A DNA stretch of 64,000 nt from NCBI GenBank assembly GCA_947594025.1, contig CANQDZ010000003.1, positions 250-64,249 of the forward strand, written 5' to 3'. The translations under genes and the position numbers were made by a program. Shown one piece after another: positions 28,723 through 37,334 of the stretch; within the stretch, counting starts at the first letter, position 1, and every line of letters begins with the position of its first letter. This stretch comes from Candidatus Gastranaerophilales bacterium. GTDB lineage: Bacteria; Cyanobacteriota; Vampirovibrionia; Gastranaerophilales; Gastranaerophilaceae. The notes beneath the pieces are model-generated. The model searched no databases. It saw nothing but the letters and a program-made list of their open reading frames with translations, and was not told the origin of the DNA.

Positions 28723-29550
28723 TTAGTACTTCATCTCCCAGCCTTCTGCCATTATACGTCCCGCGCAGCCTGTACCTTCGGAACTCGAAACTGCTGCGCA
28801 ATCCCAGGCTGGATTTTGGCAGTACCAGATGTGAGGACAAGAATTTAAGTTTTTATATTCGCATCCTGAAAATATGGCAAAATCTTCCCCGCCCCATGGG
28901 TATAACATACCGTCATTTCCAAGTTCAAAAAGGAAAAAATCACGCCCCCAGGTGTTTGGCGGTTTTGGTCCGTTAACATCAATGTTAAACCAGCCTATAC
29001 TTTCCCATAGTTTTGTGGGTGTTTGATACTCCAGTTGAAATTCTTTTAACGTTCTGCAATTTTTAGATCCGCAGTGGGTATTATTTTGCGGTCCGGAGCC
29101 AAAATCAAAAAATATAATGGTGCCGTCTGCTAAAACAACCGGATTAGAGTTTGAATAAGAATCGTCTTTGTTATTTAAAAGCTTATATTTATAGTCATAT
29201 TTTTCAGGTCTGTTATTATTATATACCGCTATAACTTTAAAGATTTTTTCAAATTCTTTTTTAAATTCAGGGTTTTTAGTTAAAAGTTCCGGTGCGGGTG
29301 TATCATAATTATTCGCCAACATGCTAAATAACCTTGTATATTCAAGTTTTGTGACTCCTTCGTTTGCCATATATGTTCTAAAACCGTTATTTATACTTGT
29401 GTATGTTTTTTTTAGCTGAGTAACATACATTTTCTTTTGGTAGTTGGTGATAATGGCAGGGATTGTAAGTGCTGCAACAACACCAATGATAGCAAGAGTA
29501 ATTAGAACCTCCGCTAATGTAAAAGCCTTTGCTTTTCCTTTATTCTTCAA
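28723..29550 (-). CDS. prepilin-type N-terminal cleavage/methylation domain protein (pilin/pseudopilin-like)
   Basis: 275 aa. N-terminus 'MKNKGKAKA/FTLAEVLITLAIIGVVAALTIP' gives a class III signal with Glu at +5. The large C-terminal globular part carries several Cys. Confidence 0.8.
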   Translation of the reverse strand: MKNKGKAKAFTLAEVLITLAIIGVVAALTIPAIITNYQKKMYVTQLKKTYTSINNGFRTYMANEGVTKLEYTRLFSMLANNYDTPAPELLTKNPEFKKEFEKIFKVIAVYNNNRPEKYDYKYKLLNNKDDSYSNSNPVVLADGTIIFFDFGSGPQNNTHCGSKNCRTLKEFQLEYQTPTKLWESIGWFNIDVNGPKPPNTWGRDFFLFELGNDGMLYPWGGEDFAIFSGCEYKNLNSCPHIWYCQNPAWDCAAVSSSEGTGCAGRIMAEGWEMKY

Positions 29551-29572
29551 AATAAAACCTCCGTCAAAACTT

Positions 29573-30151
29573 TTACAGCACGTCTTCGTTCAACGGCTGT
29601 TCAAGAAAAACTCCGTCTCCTCCAATGTATTCAACTTGTTTTCCGTCGACTTGTAAATATATAGGCTTTTTACCACTCTGACTGTCTACAGTTCTTTTTA
29701 ACTGCTTAATTCTGTTTATAATGGTTGTTGTGCCGCCGCCTTTAATAAATTTTGAATTAAGGTTAATTACAATTTTGTTAGAATACGTTGAAATGCCTAT
29801 TAGTTTAGCATCTGACGGAATTTCGCTATAAATACCTTGTTGTTGTTCTTCCTTAGTTGTTCCTTTTAAAAGCTCGCTTATTGTTTTCTCTAAACTTGGA
29901 TTTTTTATATCTCTTTTAACTTCAACTATTTCATTTTTGGAATTTAAAAAGTATATGCTTGTTGTTTTAACTATTGTATGTTCGTTATCCGTTTCAGGTT
30001 CATGCAAAGGTGTTGTATCGGATTTTGAGTAAACTTCCGTTCTCACTTTTTCAACATCTTCAAAACCGTCACCTTCAAACATAGTCCAGATTGTCCATCC
30101 AAAAAGTATGACAACGCAAACTATGAATGTTTTAATAAAAACTTTTAACAT
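29573..30151 (-). CDS. membrane-anchored GerMN-domain protein
   Basis: 192 aa. N-terminal TM 'FIVCVVILFGWTIWTMF'. The region 'LLKGTTKEEQQQGIYSEIP...KLIGIS...VINLNSKF...' is GerMN-like. Confidence 0.6.
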   Translation of the reverse strand: MLKVFIKTFIVCVVILFGWTIWTMFEGDGFEDVEKVRTEVYSKSDTTPLHEPETDNEHTIVKTTSIYFLNSKNEIVEVKRDIKNPSLEKTISELLKGTTKEEQQQGIYSEIPSDAKLIGISTYSNKIVINLNSKFIKGGGTTTIINRIKQLKRTVDSQSGKKPIYLQVDGKQVEYIGGDGVFLEQPLNEDVL

Positions 30152-30153
30152 AC

Positions 30154-30993
30154 TTATCCTTTTAAATTCTTTTCAACAACTATTATATTATCAGATATTC
30201 TTGAAATTGACACTACCTTTTTATTGAATATTAACATTAAAAATTTGTCTTCTTGTTTAATTTTTGATTTTATTTTCATTCCGTTTTTTATTTTATTATA
30301 TTCATCTTCGTCAAGATAATATTTATCAAATGGTAAAACATCTTCCATATTAATAAGTTTAAGCTCATCTTCAAGATTATTTGAGTCTTTAATATCAAAA
30401 CATCCCGCTTTTGTTCTTTGAAGTTCTTTTATATATCCGCCGCACCCCAGAACCTCACCTATATCACGGGCAAATGACCTTATATAGGTGCCCTTTGAAC
30501 AATGTATTTCAAAAGTTGTGTAAGGGAGATTAAAATCTAAAATTCTAATTTCGAATATTTTAATTTCTCTTTCCGGAATTTCAACGCTTTCCCCTTTTCT
30601 TGCAATGTCGCAGAGTTTTTTGCCGCCTATTTTAATTGCGCTGTATATCGGGGGTTTTTGCTTTATTTTTCCAATGAATTGAGGAAGAATTTTTTCTAAA
30701 TCCCGATATGTAAAATCAGGCTCTTTAATAAAAGTTTTTTCGCCCTCGTCATCGCAGGTTGTTGAAGTTTCACCAAATTTTACTTTCGCAATATAGGTTT
30801 TATCATCTTTTAAATATTCAATAAGCCTTGTGCATTCACCTACCCCAATTGGCAAGACTCCTTCCGCTAAAGGGTCAAGTGTTCCTGCATGACCTATTTT
30901 TTTGGTGTTTAATATTTTGCGCAGTTTAGAGATAACATCAAATGATGTTATACCTTTTGGTTTATTGATATTTAAGAAAAAAGAATTATTCAA
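30154..30993 (-). CDS. truB: tRNA pseudouridine(55) synthase
   Basis: 279 aa. Motifs 'GHAGTLDPLAEGVLPIGVG' and 'GTYIRSFARD'. Confidence 0.92.
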   Translation of the reverse strand: MNNSFFLNINKPKGITSFDVISKLRKILNTKKIGHAGTLDPLAEGVLPIGVGECTRLIEYLKDDKTYIAKVKFGETSTTCDDEGEKTFIKEPDFTYRDLEKILPQFIGKIKQKPPIYSAIKIGGKKLCDIARKGESVEIPEREIKIFEIRILDFNLPYTTFEIHCSKGTYIRSFARDIGEVLGCGGYIKELQRTKAGCFDIKDSNNLEDELKLINMEDVLPFDKYYLDEDEYNKIKNGMKIKSKIKQEDKFLMLIFNKKVVSISRISDNIIVVEKNLKG

Positions 30994-30995
30994 AA

Positions 30996-31346
30996 TTATA
31001 TTTCGCCGCGTGAAATTTTTTCAATAAGTTCCGTAACTCTCACTCCTCGTTCAAGTGAGTTGTCTTCTAAAAATAAAAGCTCAGGAGTAACTCTTAATCT
31101 AATTCTTTTACCTACTTCATGACGAATTCTCGGAGTATTTTTTGCAAGGGCTTCTTTTGTTTTTTCTTTTGTTTTTTCATCTCCAAAAACGCTGAAAAAC
31201 ACCTTTGCATAAGAGTTATCATGACTTACTTCAACATCGGTTATAGACACAATTCCTGAAATGTTAGGGTCTTTAATTTCTCTTAAAAGAATATCGGATA
31301 TTTCTCTCATTAACGCTTTGCGTACTCTATCATTTCTAAGTGTCAT
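30996..31346 (-). CDS. rbfA: ribosome-binding factor A
   Basis: 116 aa. Motifs 'RVRKALMREISDIL' and 'ITDVEVSHDNSYAKVFFSV'. Located between infB and truB. Confidence 0.9.
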   Translation of the reverse strand: MTLRNDRVRKALMREISDILLREIKDPNISGIVSITDVEVSHDNSYAKVFFSVFGDEKTKEKTKEALAKNTPRIRHEVGKRIRLRVTPELLFLEDNSLERGVRVTELIEKISRGEI

Positions 31347-31360
31347 ATAAAACCCTCTGA

Positions 31361-33871
31361 TTACAATGAAACACGTTCAATTTCTTTTGTAGTTGAAACT
31401 TCAATAATATCACCTTCTTGAATATCATTGAATTTAGCAAAAGACAAACCGCATTCAAAACCTTGTGCGACTTCCTTAACATCATCTTTAAAGCGTTTAA
31501 GCTGGTTAATTTCACCTTTAAAGATTTCTTCTCCGTTCCTTGTAACACTTGCGGTTGTATTTCTAACGATTTTGCCTTCAAGAACGTAACATCCTGCAAT
31601 TTTGTTGGTTTTACCAATAGTAAATACTTGGCGGACTTCCGCACGTCCGAGTTCAACTTCTTCAATTTCAGGATCAAGTAAAGAAAGCATTATTTTTTCA
31701 ATATCTTCAAGTACCTGATAGATAATATCATATTTTTTAATTGTTACTTTTCCGTATTCGGAAGAATTTAAGCAGTTTGCATCCTCTTTAACGCTGAAGC
31801 CTAAAATTGTAGCGTCTGATGCAGATGCCAAAAGTAAATCTGCTTCCGAAATATCACCCACGCCCACGTGAATAATTTTTGGAATGACTTCTTTAGATTT
31901 AACGCGTCCGATTGCTTGTGAAACAGCTTCCGCAGAACCGTTTGTATTTGCCTTAATAATTAGATTTAAAATCTTAATATCATCGTTTGTGATGACATCT
32001 TTTTTAACATGAGCTGCAGTTATAGCTTCAAGTCTTGTAGAACGAGCTTTTTGTTGTTTAGCTTCAACAATTGCTCTCATTTCTTTTTCATTTTTAACAA
32101 CTTCAAAGTTGTCGCCTGCTTGAGGAACATCGTCAAGACCTAAAATCTCAACAGGAGTAGAAGGACCTACTTTTTTAACGCTCTTTCCGGAATCGTCTAT
32201 TAAAGCTCTTATTTTACCGCCGACCGTGCCAACTACAACAGAATCTCCTATCTTAAGCGTTCCGTTTTGAACAAGTATGGAAGCCACGGGTCCTTTTCCT
32301 TTATCGAGATTTGCTTCAATTACAACGCCTGTTGCAGGGCATTTTTCAACCGTTTGAAGATTTTGCATTTCCGCAACAAGCAAAATGTATTCGAGAAGTT
32401 CATCAATACCTGTTTTTTGAAGAGCTGAAACATAAACACAAATTGTTTCTCCTCCCCATTTTTCAGGTGTAAGTCCTTGTTCCGTAAGCTGTTGAAGTAC
32501 TCTATCGGGATTTGCTTCGGGTTTATCCATTTTGTTTACCGCAACAATAATTGGAACATTTGCCGCTTTTGCATGGTTAATAGCCTCAATTGTTTGAGGC
32601 ATAATACCGTCATCTGCGGCAACGACTAAAATCGCAATATCCGTTGATTGAGCGCCTCTTGCTCTCATTTGAGTAAAGGCTTCGTGACCCGGAGTATCAA
32701 TAAATACGATTTTCTTTTTATCAATATAAACCGTATAAGCACCTATTGATTGAGTGATACCGCCAACTTCAGTTGAAACGATTTTATGTTTTGAAGCTCT
32801 TATTGAATCAAGAAGGGTTGTTTTACCATGGTCAACGTGTCCCATAATTGTAACAACGGGAGCCCTTGGAATAATAAGTTTCGGGTCAAATTTGGATAAA
32901 AAGTTTTCTTTTTCTTCTTTTTCCGTTTCTTCTTCAATATACGCTTCTAAATCTTCTTCTAAAACTTCGATTTCAAAGTTTTCAGCGACTTTTCTTGCAG
33001 TATCAACGTCTATCGGTGAATTTACCGTAACTAATATTTTTTGCATCATCAAAAATTTAATGATTTCTGCAGGTGTGTGTCCTGTTTTTTCTGCAAGTTC
33101 ATTAACCGTCATCGGTTTGTCAATGACAATTTGTTTAATTTCTATTTTCGGACCTTGGTCTTGAGTATGTTTTTTGTGTTTTCCGAGAGTAGTTTTTTCA
33201 AGACTAATGCGTTCTTGCTGTTCTTCTTTACTCATTCTGCGGTCTTTTGCATTATTTTTCTTCTTTCCTCTTGAATCTTTATTATAAATATCTTGAGAAA
33301 TAATGTGTCTTTTTATCGGACCTCTCGAAACATCTTGATAAGGAGCGGGCTGTTGGGGTTTTTCCTGTTCTTTTTTAGGTTTTTCCTCAATTAAAGAACG
33401 TTTTTGCACACGAGTCGGGAAATTTTTCTGCGGAATAGAAGCAGGCTTTGCCTTCTCCTGTTTACTTTCTTCCTTTTTAACTTCAACTCTTGGAGTTGCC
33501 TTTGGTGCCGGTTTTACTATTTCAAGTCTTGATTTAACCTTGCGAACCTCAGGAACAACGGGGGTTGCAGGTTTTTCTTCTTTCTTTTCTTCAACAGACG
33601 TTTTATCGGGATTAGCTGACGCTTCCTCCTTTTTTTCTTCAACGGGAGCGGCAGGAACAACTTCAACCGGTTTTTGCTTTTTAACTATGAATGCCTTTGG
33701 TTTTGCTTTTACTTCTTCTTTTGGTTTATAGAGAGCTTTTATCTCATCAACAGTTTTGGGGGTCAAAGTAATACTGTGTGATTTTATGTTTAAATTCAAC
33801 TCGCTGTTTGCTTTGTCTATAAGCTCTTTAGCGGTTATATTCAATTCTTTTGCCAGTTCGTGTACTCTCAT
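31361..33871 (-). CDS. infB: translation initiation factor IF-2
   Basis: 836 aa. K/E/P-rich N-terminal region. G-domain motifs 'GHVDHGKTTLLD', 'DTPGHEAF' and 'NKMD'. Confidence 0.95.
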   Translation of the reverse strand: MRVHELAKELNITAKELIDKANSELNLNIKSHSITLTPKTVDEIKALYKPKEEVKAKPKAFIVKKQKPVEVVPAAPVEEKKEEASANPDKTSVEEKKEEKPATPVVPEVRKVKSRLEIVKPAPKATPRVEVKKEESKQEKAKPASIPQKNFPTRVQKRSLIEEKPKKEQEKPQQPAPYQDVSRGPIKRHIISQDIYNKDSRGKKKNNAKDRRMSKEEQQERISLEKTTLGKHKKHTQDQGPKIEIKQIVIDKPMTVNELAEKTGHTPAEIIKFLMMQKILVTVNSPIDVDTARKVAENFEIEVLEEDLEAYIEEETEKEEKENFLSKFDPKLIIPRAPVVTIMGHVDHGKTTLLDSIRASKHKIVSTEVGGITQSIGAYTVYIDKKKIVFIDTPGHEAFTQMRARGAQSTDIAILVVAADDGIMPQTIEAINHAKAANVPIIVAVNKMDKPEANPDRVLQQLTEQGLTPEKWGGETICVYVSALQKTGIDELLEYILLVAEMQNLQTVEKCPATGVVIEANLDKGKGPVASILVQNGTLKIGDSVVVGTVGGKIRALIDDSGKSVKKVGPSTPVEILGLDDVPQAGDNFEVVKNEKEMRAIVEAKQQKARSTRLEAITAAHVKKDVITNDDIKILNLIIKANTNGSAEAVSQAIGRVKSKEVIPKIIHVGVGDISEADLLLASASDATILGFSVKEDANCLNSSEYGKVTIKKYDIIYQVLEDIEKIMLSLLDPEIEEVELGRAEVRQVFTIGKTNKIAGCYVLEGKIVRNTTASVTRNGEEIFKGEINQLKRFKDDVKEVAQGFECGLSFAKFNDIQEGDIIEVSTTKEIERVSL

Positions 33872-33920
33872 AATATAAATTTATCATAAATATGAATATT
33901 AGTACAGTTTTTATTTTTCA

Positions 33921-33929
33921 TGCTAAAAT
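33921..33929 (+). promoter_or_regulatory. extended -10 element (TGCTAAAAT) upstream of smpB
   Basis: TGnTAAAAT ends 7 nt before the ATG at 33937, and there is no SD in between. Confidence 0.35.
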
Positions 33930-33936
33930 AAGCGCT

Positions 33937-34386
33937 ATGCAGCAGGGTTCAAGAAAAATCATAGCAACAAATAAGAAGGCGTTTCACGAATATTTGATTT
34001 TTGATAGATATCAAGCAGGAATTGTGTTGACGGGAACTGAAATTAAATCAATCAGAATGGGAAACGTCAATTTGAAAGACAGTTTTGTAAAAATACTGGA
34101 CGGAGAAGTATATTTGCTTAATTGTCATATTGGCTTGTACGATAAGGGAAACCGCTTTAATCATGAAGAAAAAAGACAAAGAAAACTGCTTTTAAACAAA
34201 AAAGAAATCTTAAAAATTTTTGGGAAAGTAAAGCAGGATAACTATGCAATTGTTCCTGTTGAAATGTTTTTTGCGGGCAGTCTTGCAAAAATTGAAATTG
34301 CGCTTGCTAAAGGCAAAAAACTTCATGATAAAAGAGAATCAATCAAGAAAAGAGAGCTTGAAAGAGACATTAAAAAGTTGAAATAA
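33937..34386 (+). CDS. smpB: SsrA-binding protein
   Basis: Motif 'NKKAFHEYLIFDRYQAGIVLTGTEIKSIR' and a basic C-terminal tail. The ORF track's 33892 start adds 15 hydrophobic residues atypical for SmpB. Confidence 0.9.
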   Translation: MQQGSRKIIATNKKAFHEYLIFDRYQAGIVLTGTEIKSIRMGNVNLKDSFVKILDGEVYLLNCHIGLYDKGNRFNHEEKRQRKLLLNKKEILKIFGKVKQDNYAIVPVEMFFAGSLAKIEIALAKGKKLHDKRESIKKRELERDIKKLK

Positions 34387-34422
34387 TTTGACAACACTGA
34401 GTTTAAAGGGGATAATCAGTAT

Positions 34423-36510
34423 ATGTGGAAACGTTATTTAGCATTATCTTTTATAGGAATTTTGCTTGGTTCATCTCAAATAACAGATGCCAAAATGACA
34501 AATGAGGCAATGACTTTATACCGTCAGGCAATAACTTTTGAAGAACAAGGAAGAACAAAAGATGCTATCGATATGCTTGAAAAAGCAATTTATTCAAGCC
34601 CCGATGATTTTGCGCTTATCACAAAACTTGCAGGCTTATATTCAACAAACGGGGATTTGGATAATGCTTTGAAATATTATAGGCAGGCTCTAACTATCAG
34701 ACCGAATGACGGTTTTTTATATATCAGCGTAGGAAACATATTGCAGCAGCAAAATAAATATTCAAAAGCTTACGAAGCTTATGCCGAAGCTCAGCTTTTA
34801 ATGCCTGATTACAAATATAATTATCTTAATTTAGGTAATGTTGAATATTTTGATAATAATTTTCAAGATGCAATTAAAAACTATAAAATATTCTTAAAAA
34901 GTTATCCAAACAATTTAACTGCAAGAACAAACATGGCAAATTCTTATCTTCAGCTTAAAAATCCAAAAGCCGCAATTCAAGAATTTGAAGAAGCATATGA
35001 AATAAACCCCGACTCTTTCCGTGATTATTCCGCACTTGGTCTTGCATACATAAGAACCGAGGAATATGAAAAAGCAAAAGAAACGCTTAAAATGGCTATA
35101 TTAAAAGACCCTTATGATTATTCCGCATTCGCAAACCTTGCAATAACCGAAACTAAACTTAAAAATTATAATGAAGCTTACGATTATTTCCAAAAAGCTT
35201 TTAAAATAAATCCTGATATCCCAAATATCAAATTTGATTATGCTTGTCTTTTAGTTGAAATGGGTAAAGATGAAGAAGCAATCCAAGCATACAGAGAATA
35301 TTTAACGGAAAATCCGAATGACTATAATGCATATTTAAATCTAGGCATACTTTATCAAAAAATAAATGAAAATGAAAATGCGATAAGTGTTTTAAGCAAA
35401 GGTTTAAGCATAAATGAGGAAGATATAGCTTTAAAAGGCGAGCTTGTAAGAAGCTATTACAATAATGAAGAATATGATAAAGCACTTGAACTTTGTCAGG
35501 AAATTTTAAAACAAGATATAACTAACTTAAGAGCTCAATATTTTAAGGGCTTAATTTTATATTCACAAAAGAAATTTAAAGATGCGCAAAACATCTTTAA
35601 AAATTTGTATCTTGTGGATGAAGAAAATCTGAATAAGTTTGCCCTAAATAAAACCATGACAAAGCAGGCGCTATACAATTCCTACATAGGACAAGCGAAT
35701 GAGTTAATTAACAATAAAGAATATAAAAGCGCAAAACTTATTTATTCAAGAGCTCTTGAAATTAATCCCGAAGATTCAAATGCTTATGTGGGACTTGCAA
35801 AATCCTATGAGGGACTCGGACAAAAATCAAAAGTTATTGAAAGTTTTGAAAGAGCAATTCAGGTTGACCCTGAAAATAGCGGAATATTTATAGAATATGG
35901 GGATAGTTTATCAAATATTAATGAAGATACAAGTGCAAAAGTCGCATTTGAAAAAGCAATAGAGCTGGACAAAGAAAGTGCCGTTCCTTTGGTTAAAATG
36001 GGAGACAGTTACTTTAAAGAAAAAGACTATAAAAATGCTCTTTCAAATTATGAAAAAGCCTTCACTCTTGAGGCAAGCGATGACGGAATAGCAATTAAAA
36101 TAGGTAATTGCTATAAATATTTAGAAAATAATGAAAAAGCGGAAAAATATTATCAAAAAGCACTTGAATTAAATCCCGGTAACTTTGACGGATACTTTAA
36201 TATCGGACTTATTAAGTATGAAAACAGTGATTTAGAAGGGGCAATCAAAGATTTTAACAAAGCGGTTGAACTCAATCCCGAATTTTCTTATGCGTATTAT
36301 GCACTGGGTATTTGTTTAGAAGAAAAACATGACTTTAAAAACGCAATTTATGCTTACGAAAACTTTATAAAATACGACAAAGAAAGCGTTTTATCTAAAG
36401 CTACACAAGAAAAAATTGAAATTCTTTATAAAGAGTTAATGGGTGAAACCACAAATACAAATAAAGATGAAGAACAAGTTGAATTTGAAACAGAGGAAGA
36501 AAATGAATAA
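34423..36510 (+). CDS. secreted multi-TPR repeat protein
   Basis: 695 aa. Signal-like N-terminus 'LALSFIGILLGSSQITDA'. The TPR consensus (..A...Y..AL..NP....A...LG..Y) repeats throughout. Acidic C-terminus. Confidence 0.8.
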   Translation: MWKRYLALSFIGILLGSSQITDAKMTNEAMTLYRQAITFEEQGRTKDAIDMLEKAIYSSPDDFALITKLAGLYSTNGDLDNALKYYRQALTIRPNDGFLYISVGNILQQQNKYSKAYEAYAEAQLLMPDYKYNYLNLGNVEYFDNNFQDAIKNYKIFLKSYPNNLTARTNMANSYLQLKNPKAAIQEFEEAYEINPDSFRDYSALGLAYIRTEEYEKAKETLKMAILKDPYDYSAFANLAITETKLKNYNEAYDYFQKAFKINPDIPNIKFDYACLLVEMGKDEEAIQAYREYLTENPNDYNAYLNLGILYQKINENENAISVLSKGLSINEEDIALKGELVRSYYNNEEYDKALELCQEILKQDITNLRAQYFKGLILYSQKKFKDAQNIFKNLYLVDEENLNKFALNKTMTKQALYNSYIGQANELINNKEYKSAKLIYSRALEINPEDSNAYVGLAKSYEGLGQKSKVIESFERAIQVDPENSGIFIEYGDSLSNINEDTSAKVAFEKAIELDKESAVPLVKMGDSYFKEKDYKNALSNYEKAFTLEASDDGIAIKIGNCYKYLENNEKAEKYYQKALELNPGNFDGYFNIGLIKYENSDLEGAIKDFNKAVELNPEFSYAYYALGICLEEKHDFKNAIYAYENFIKYDKESVLSKATQEKIEILYKELMGETTNTNKDEEQVEFETEEENE

Positions 36511-36913
36511 AATTTTAAAATTATTATTTCTTTCTCTTTGCCCTTTAATTATACTCACCGGATGCAAGAGCGAAGAAAGAAAACCATTTGTTGCATTCAG
36601 CAATCGTCCGATTACGGAAAATACGGTTCCTGAAAGTACATTTTTAACCGGAAGCAGGGTTTATTACGCTGCCATAAATCCGAAAGGGTTCTCCGATAAA
36701 GTTATAAGAGTTCAAATATTTAAAGCAGGCGAAAAGGTTAATATGCTTGGTTATAGCTTTCATTCAAATAATGATTATCGCCTTGAAAATGAAAAATATT
36801 ACACTGACTATTTTGTAATACACAGCCCCGGGCATTATTATATGCAAGTTTTTGAAATCACGGACTTGCAAAAACCTGTAATACTTGGAGATTTTTGGAT
36901 TGTTGAAAGATAA
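36503..36913 (+). CDS. putative lipoprotein
   Basis: 'MNKILKLLFLSLCPLIILTGC' has lipobox LTGC. The ATG overlaps the TPR gene stop (ATGAATAA). The longer ORF-track start at 36443 lies inside the TPR gene. Confidence 0.6.
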   Translation: MNKILKLLFLSLCPLIILTGCKSEERKPFVAFSNRPITENTVPESTFLTGSRVYYAAINPKGFSDKVIRVQIFKAGEKVNMLGYSFHSNNDYRLENEKYYTDYFVIHSPGHYYMQVFEITDLQKPVILGDFWIVER

Positions 36914-37334
36914 TGCTTGGATTTTTAAAACATCAATAAAGGATTGGCTCAAATATTTTTTTAATAAATTTTCTTCATCAAAATATGTTGTAAAAGGAAA
37001 ATGCAAAAAGTGCGGGGTCTGCTGCAGGACAATTCTTTTGAGCGACGAGAACGGCTACATTAAGGATGAAGAGCATTTTAAAAAAATACAAAGTGAAAAT
37101 AAAAAATACAGAATTTTTGAAATTTCAGGGAAAATGGAAGAAACAGGCGCCCTGATGTTTAAGTGCAAAGCTCTTAAAAATAATAATCTTTGCGGATTAT
37201 ATTTTTTCCGTTCCCTTTATTGCAGGAACTACCCCGCAGTTAACTATGATTTTATAAAAAACGGGGGTACAACACTTGATGAGTGTGGTTTTTACTTTGA
37301 CGTAAATAAGAAATTTAAAGAATATATTAAATGA
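36885..37334 (+). CDS. YkgJ-family cysteine-cluster protein
   Basis: 149 aa. Motifs 'CKKCGVCCR' and 'LCGLYFFRSLYCRNYP' (CxxCxxCC ... C..Y..R...C..YP pattern). Confidence 0.6.
   Translation: MEIFGLLKDNAWIFKTSIKDWLKYFFNKFSSSKYVVKGKCKKCGVCCRTILLSDENGYIKDEEHFKKIQSENKKYRIFEISGKMEETGALMFKCKALKNNNLCGLYFFRSLYCRNYPAVNYDFIKNGGTTLDECGFYFDVNKKFKEYIK

Noticed and set aside
28571-28840. 89-aa minus-strand ORF bridging the gmk start and the pilin gene end
   Set aside because: It overlaps both well-supported genes in other frames, and its sequence has no features.
31336-31677. 113-aa minus-strand ORF overlapping the infB 3' end and the rbfA start
   Set aside because: It is an alternative frame of the conserved infB C-terminal domain. 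I see no support for dual coding.
32754-33274. 136-aa and 77-aa plus-strand ORFs inside infB
   Set aside because: They are antisense shadow ORFs.
33892-33936. 15-codon N-terminal extension of smpB (MNISTVFIFHAKISA)
   Set aside because: SmpB proteins start close to the NKKA..Y motif. The extension is hydrophobic, and the extended -10 element lies within it.
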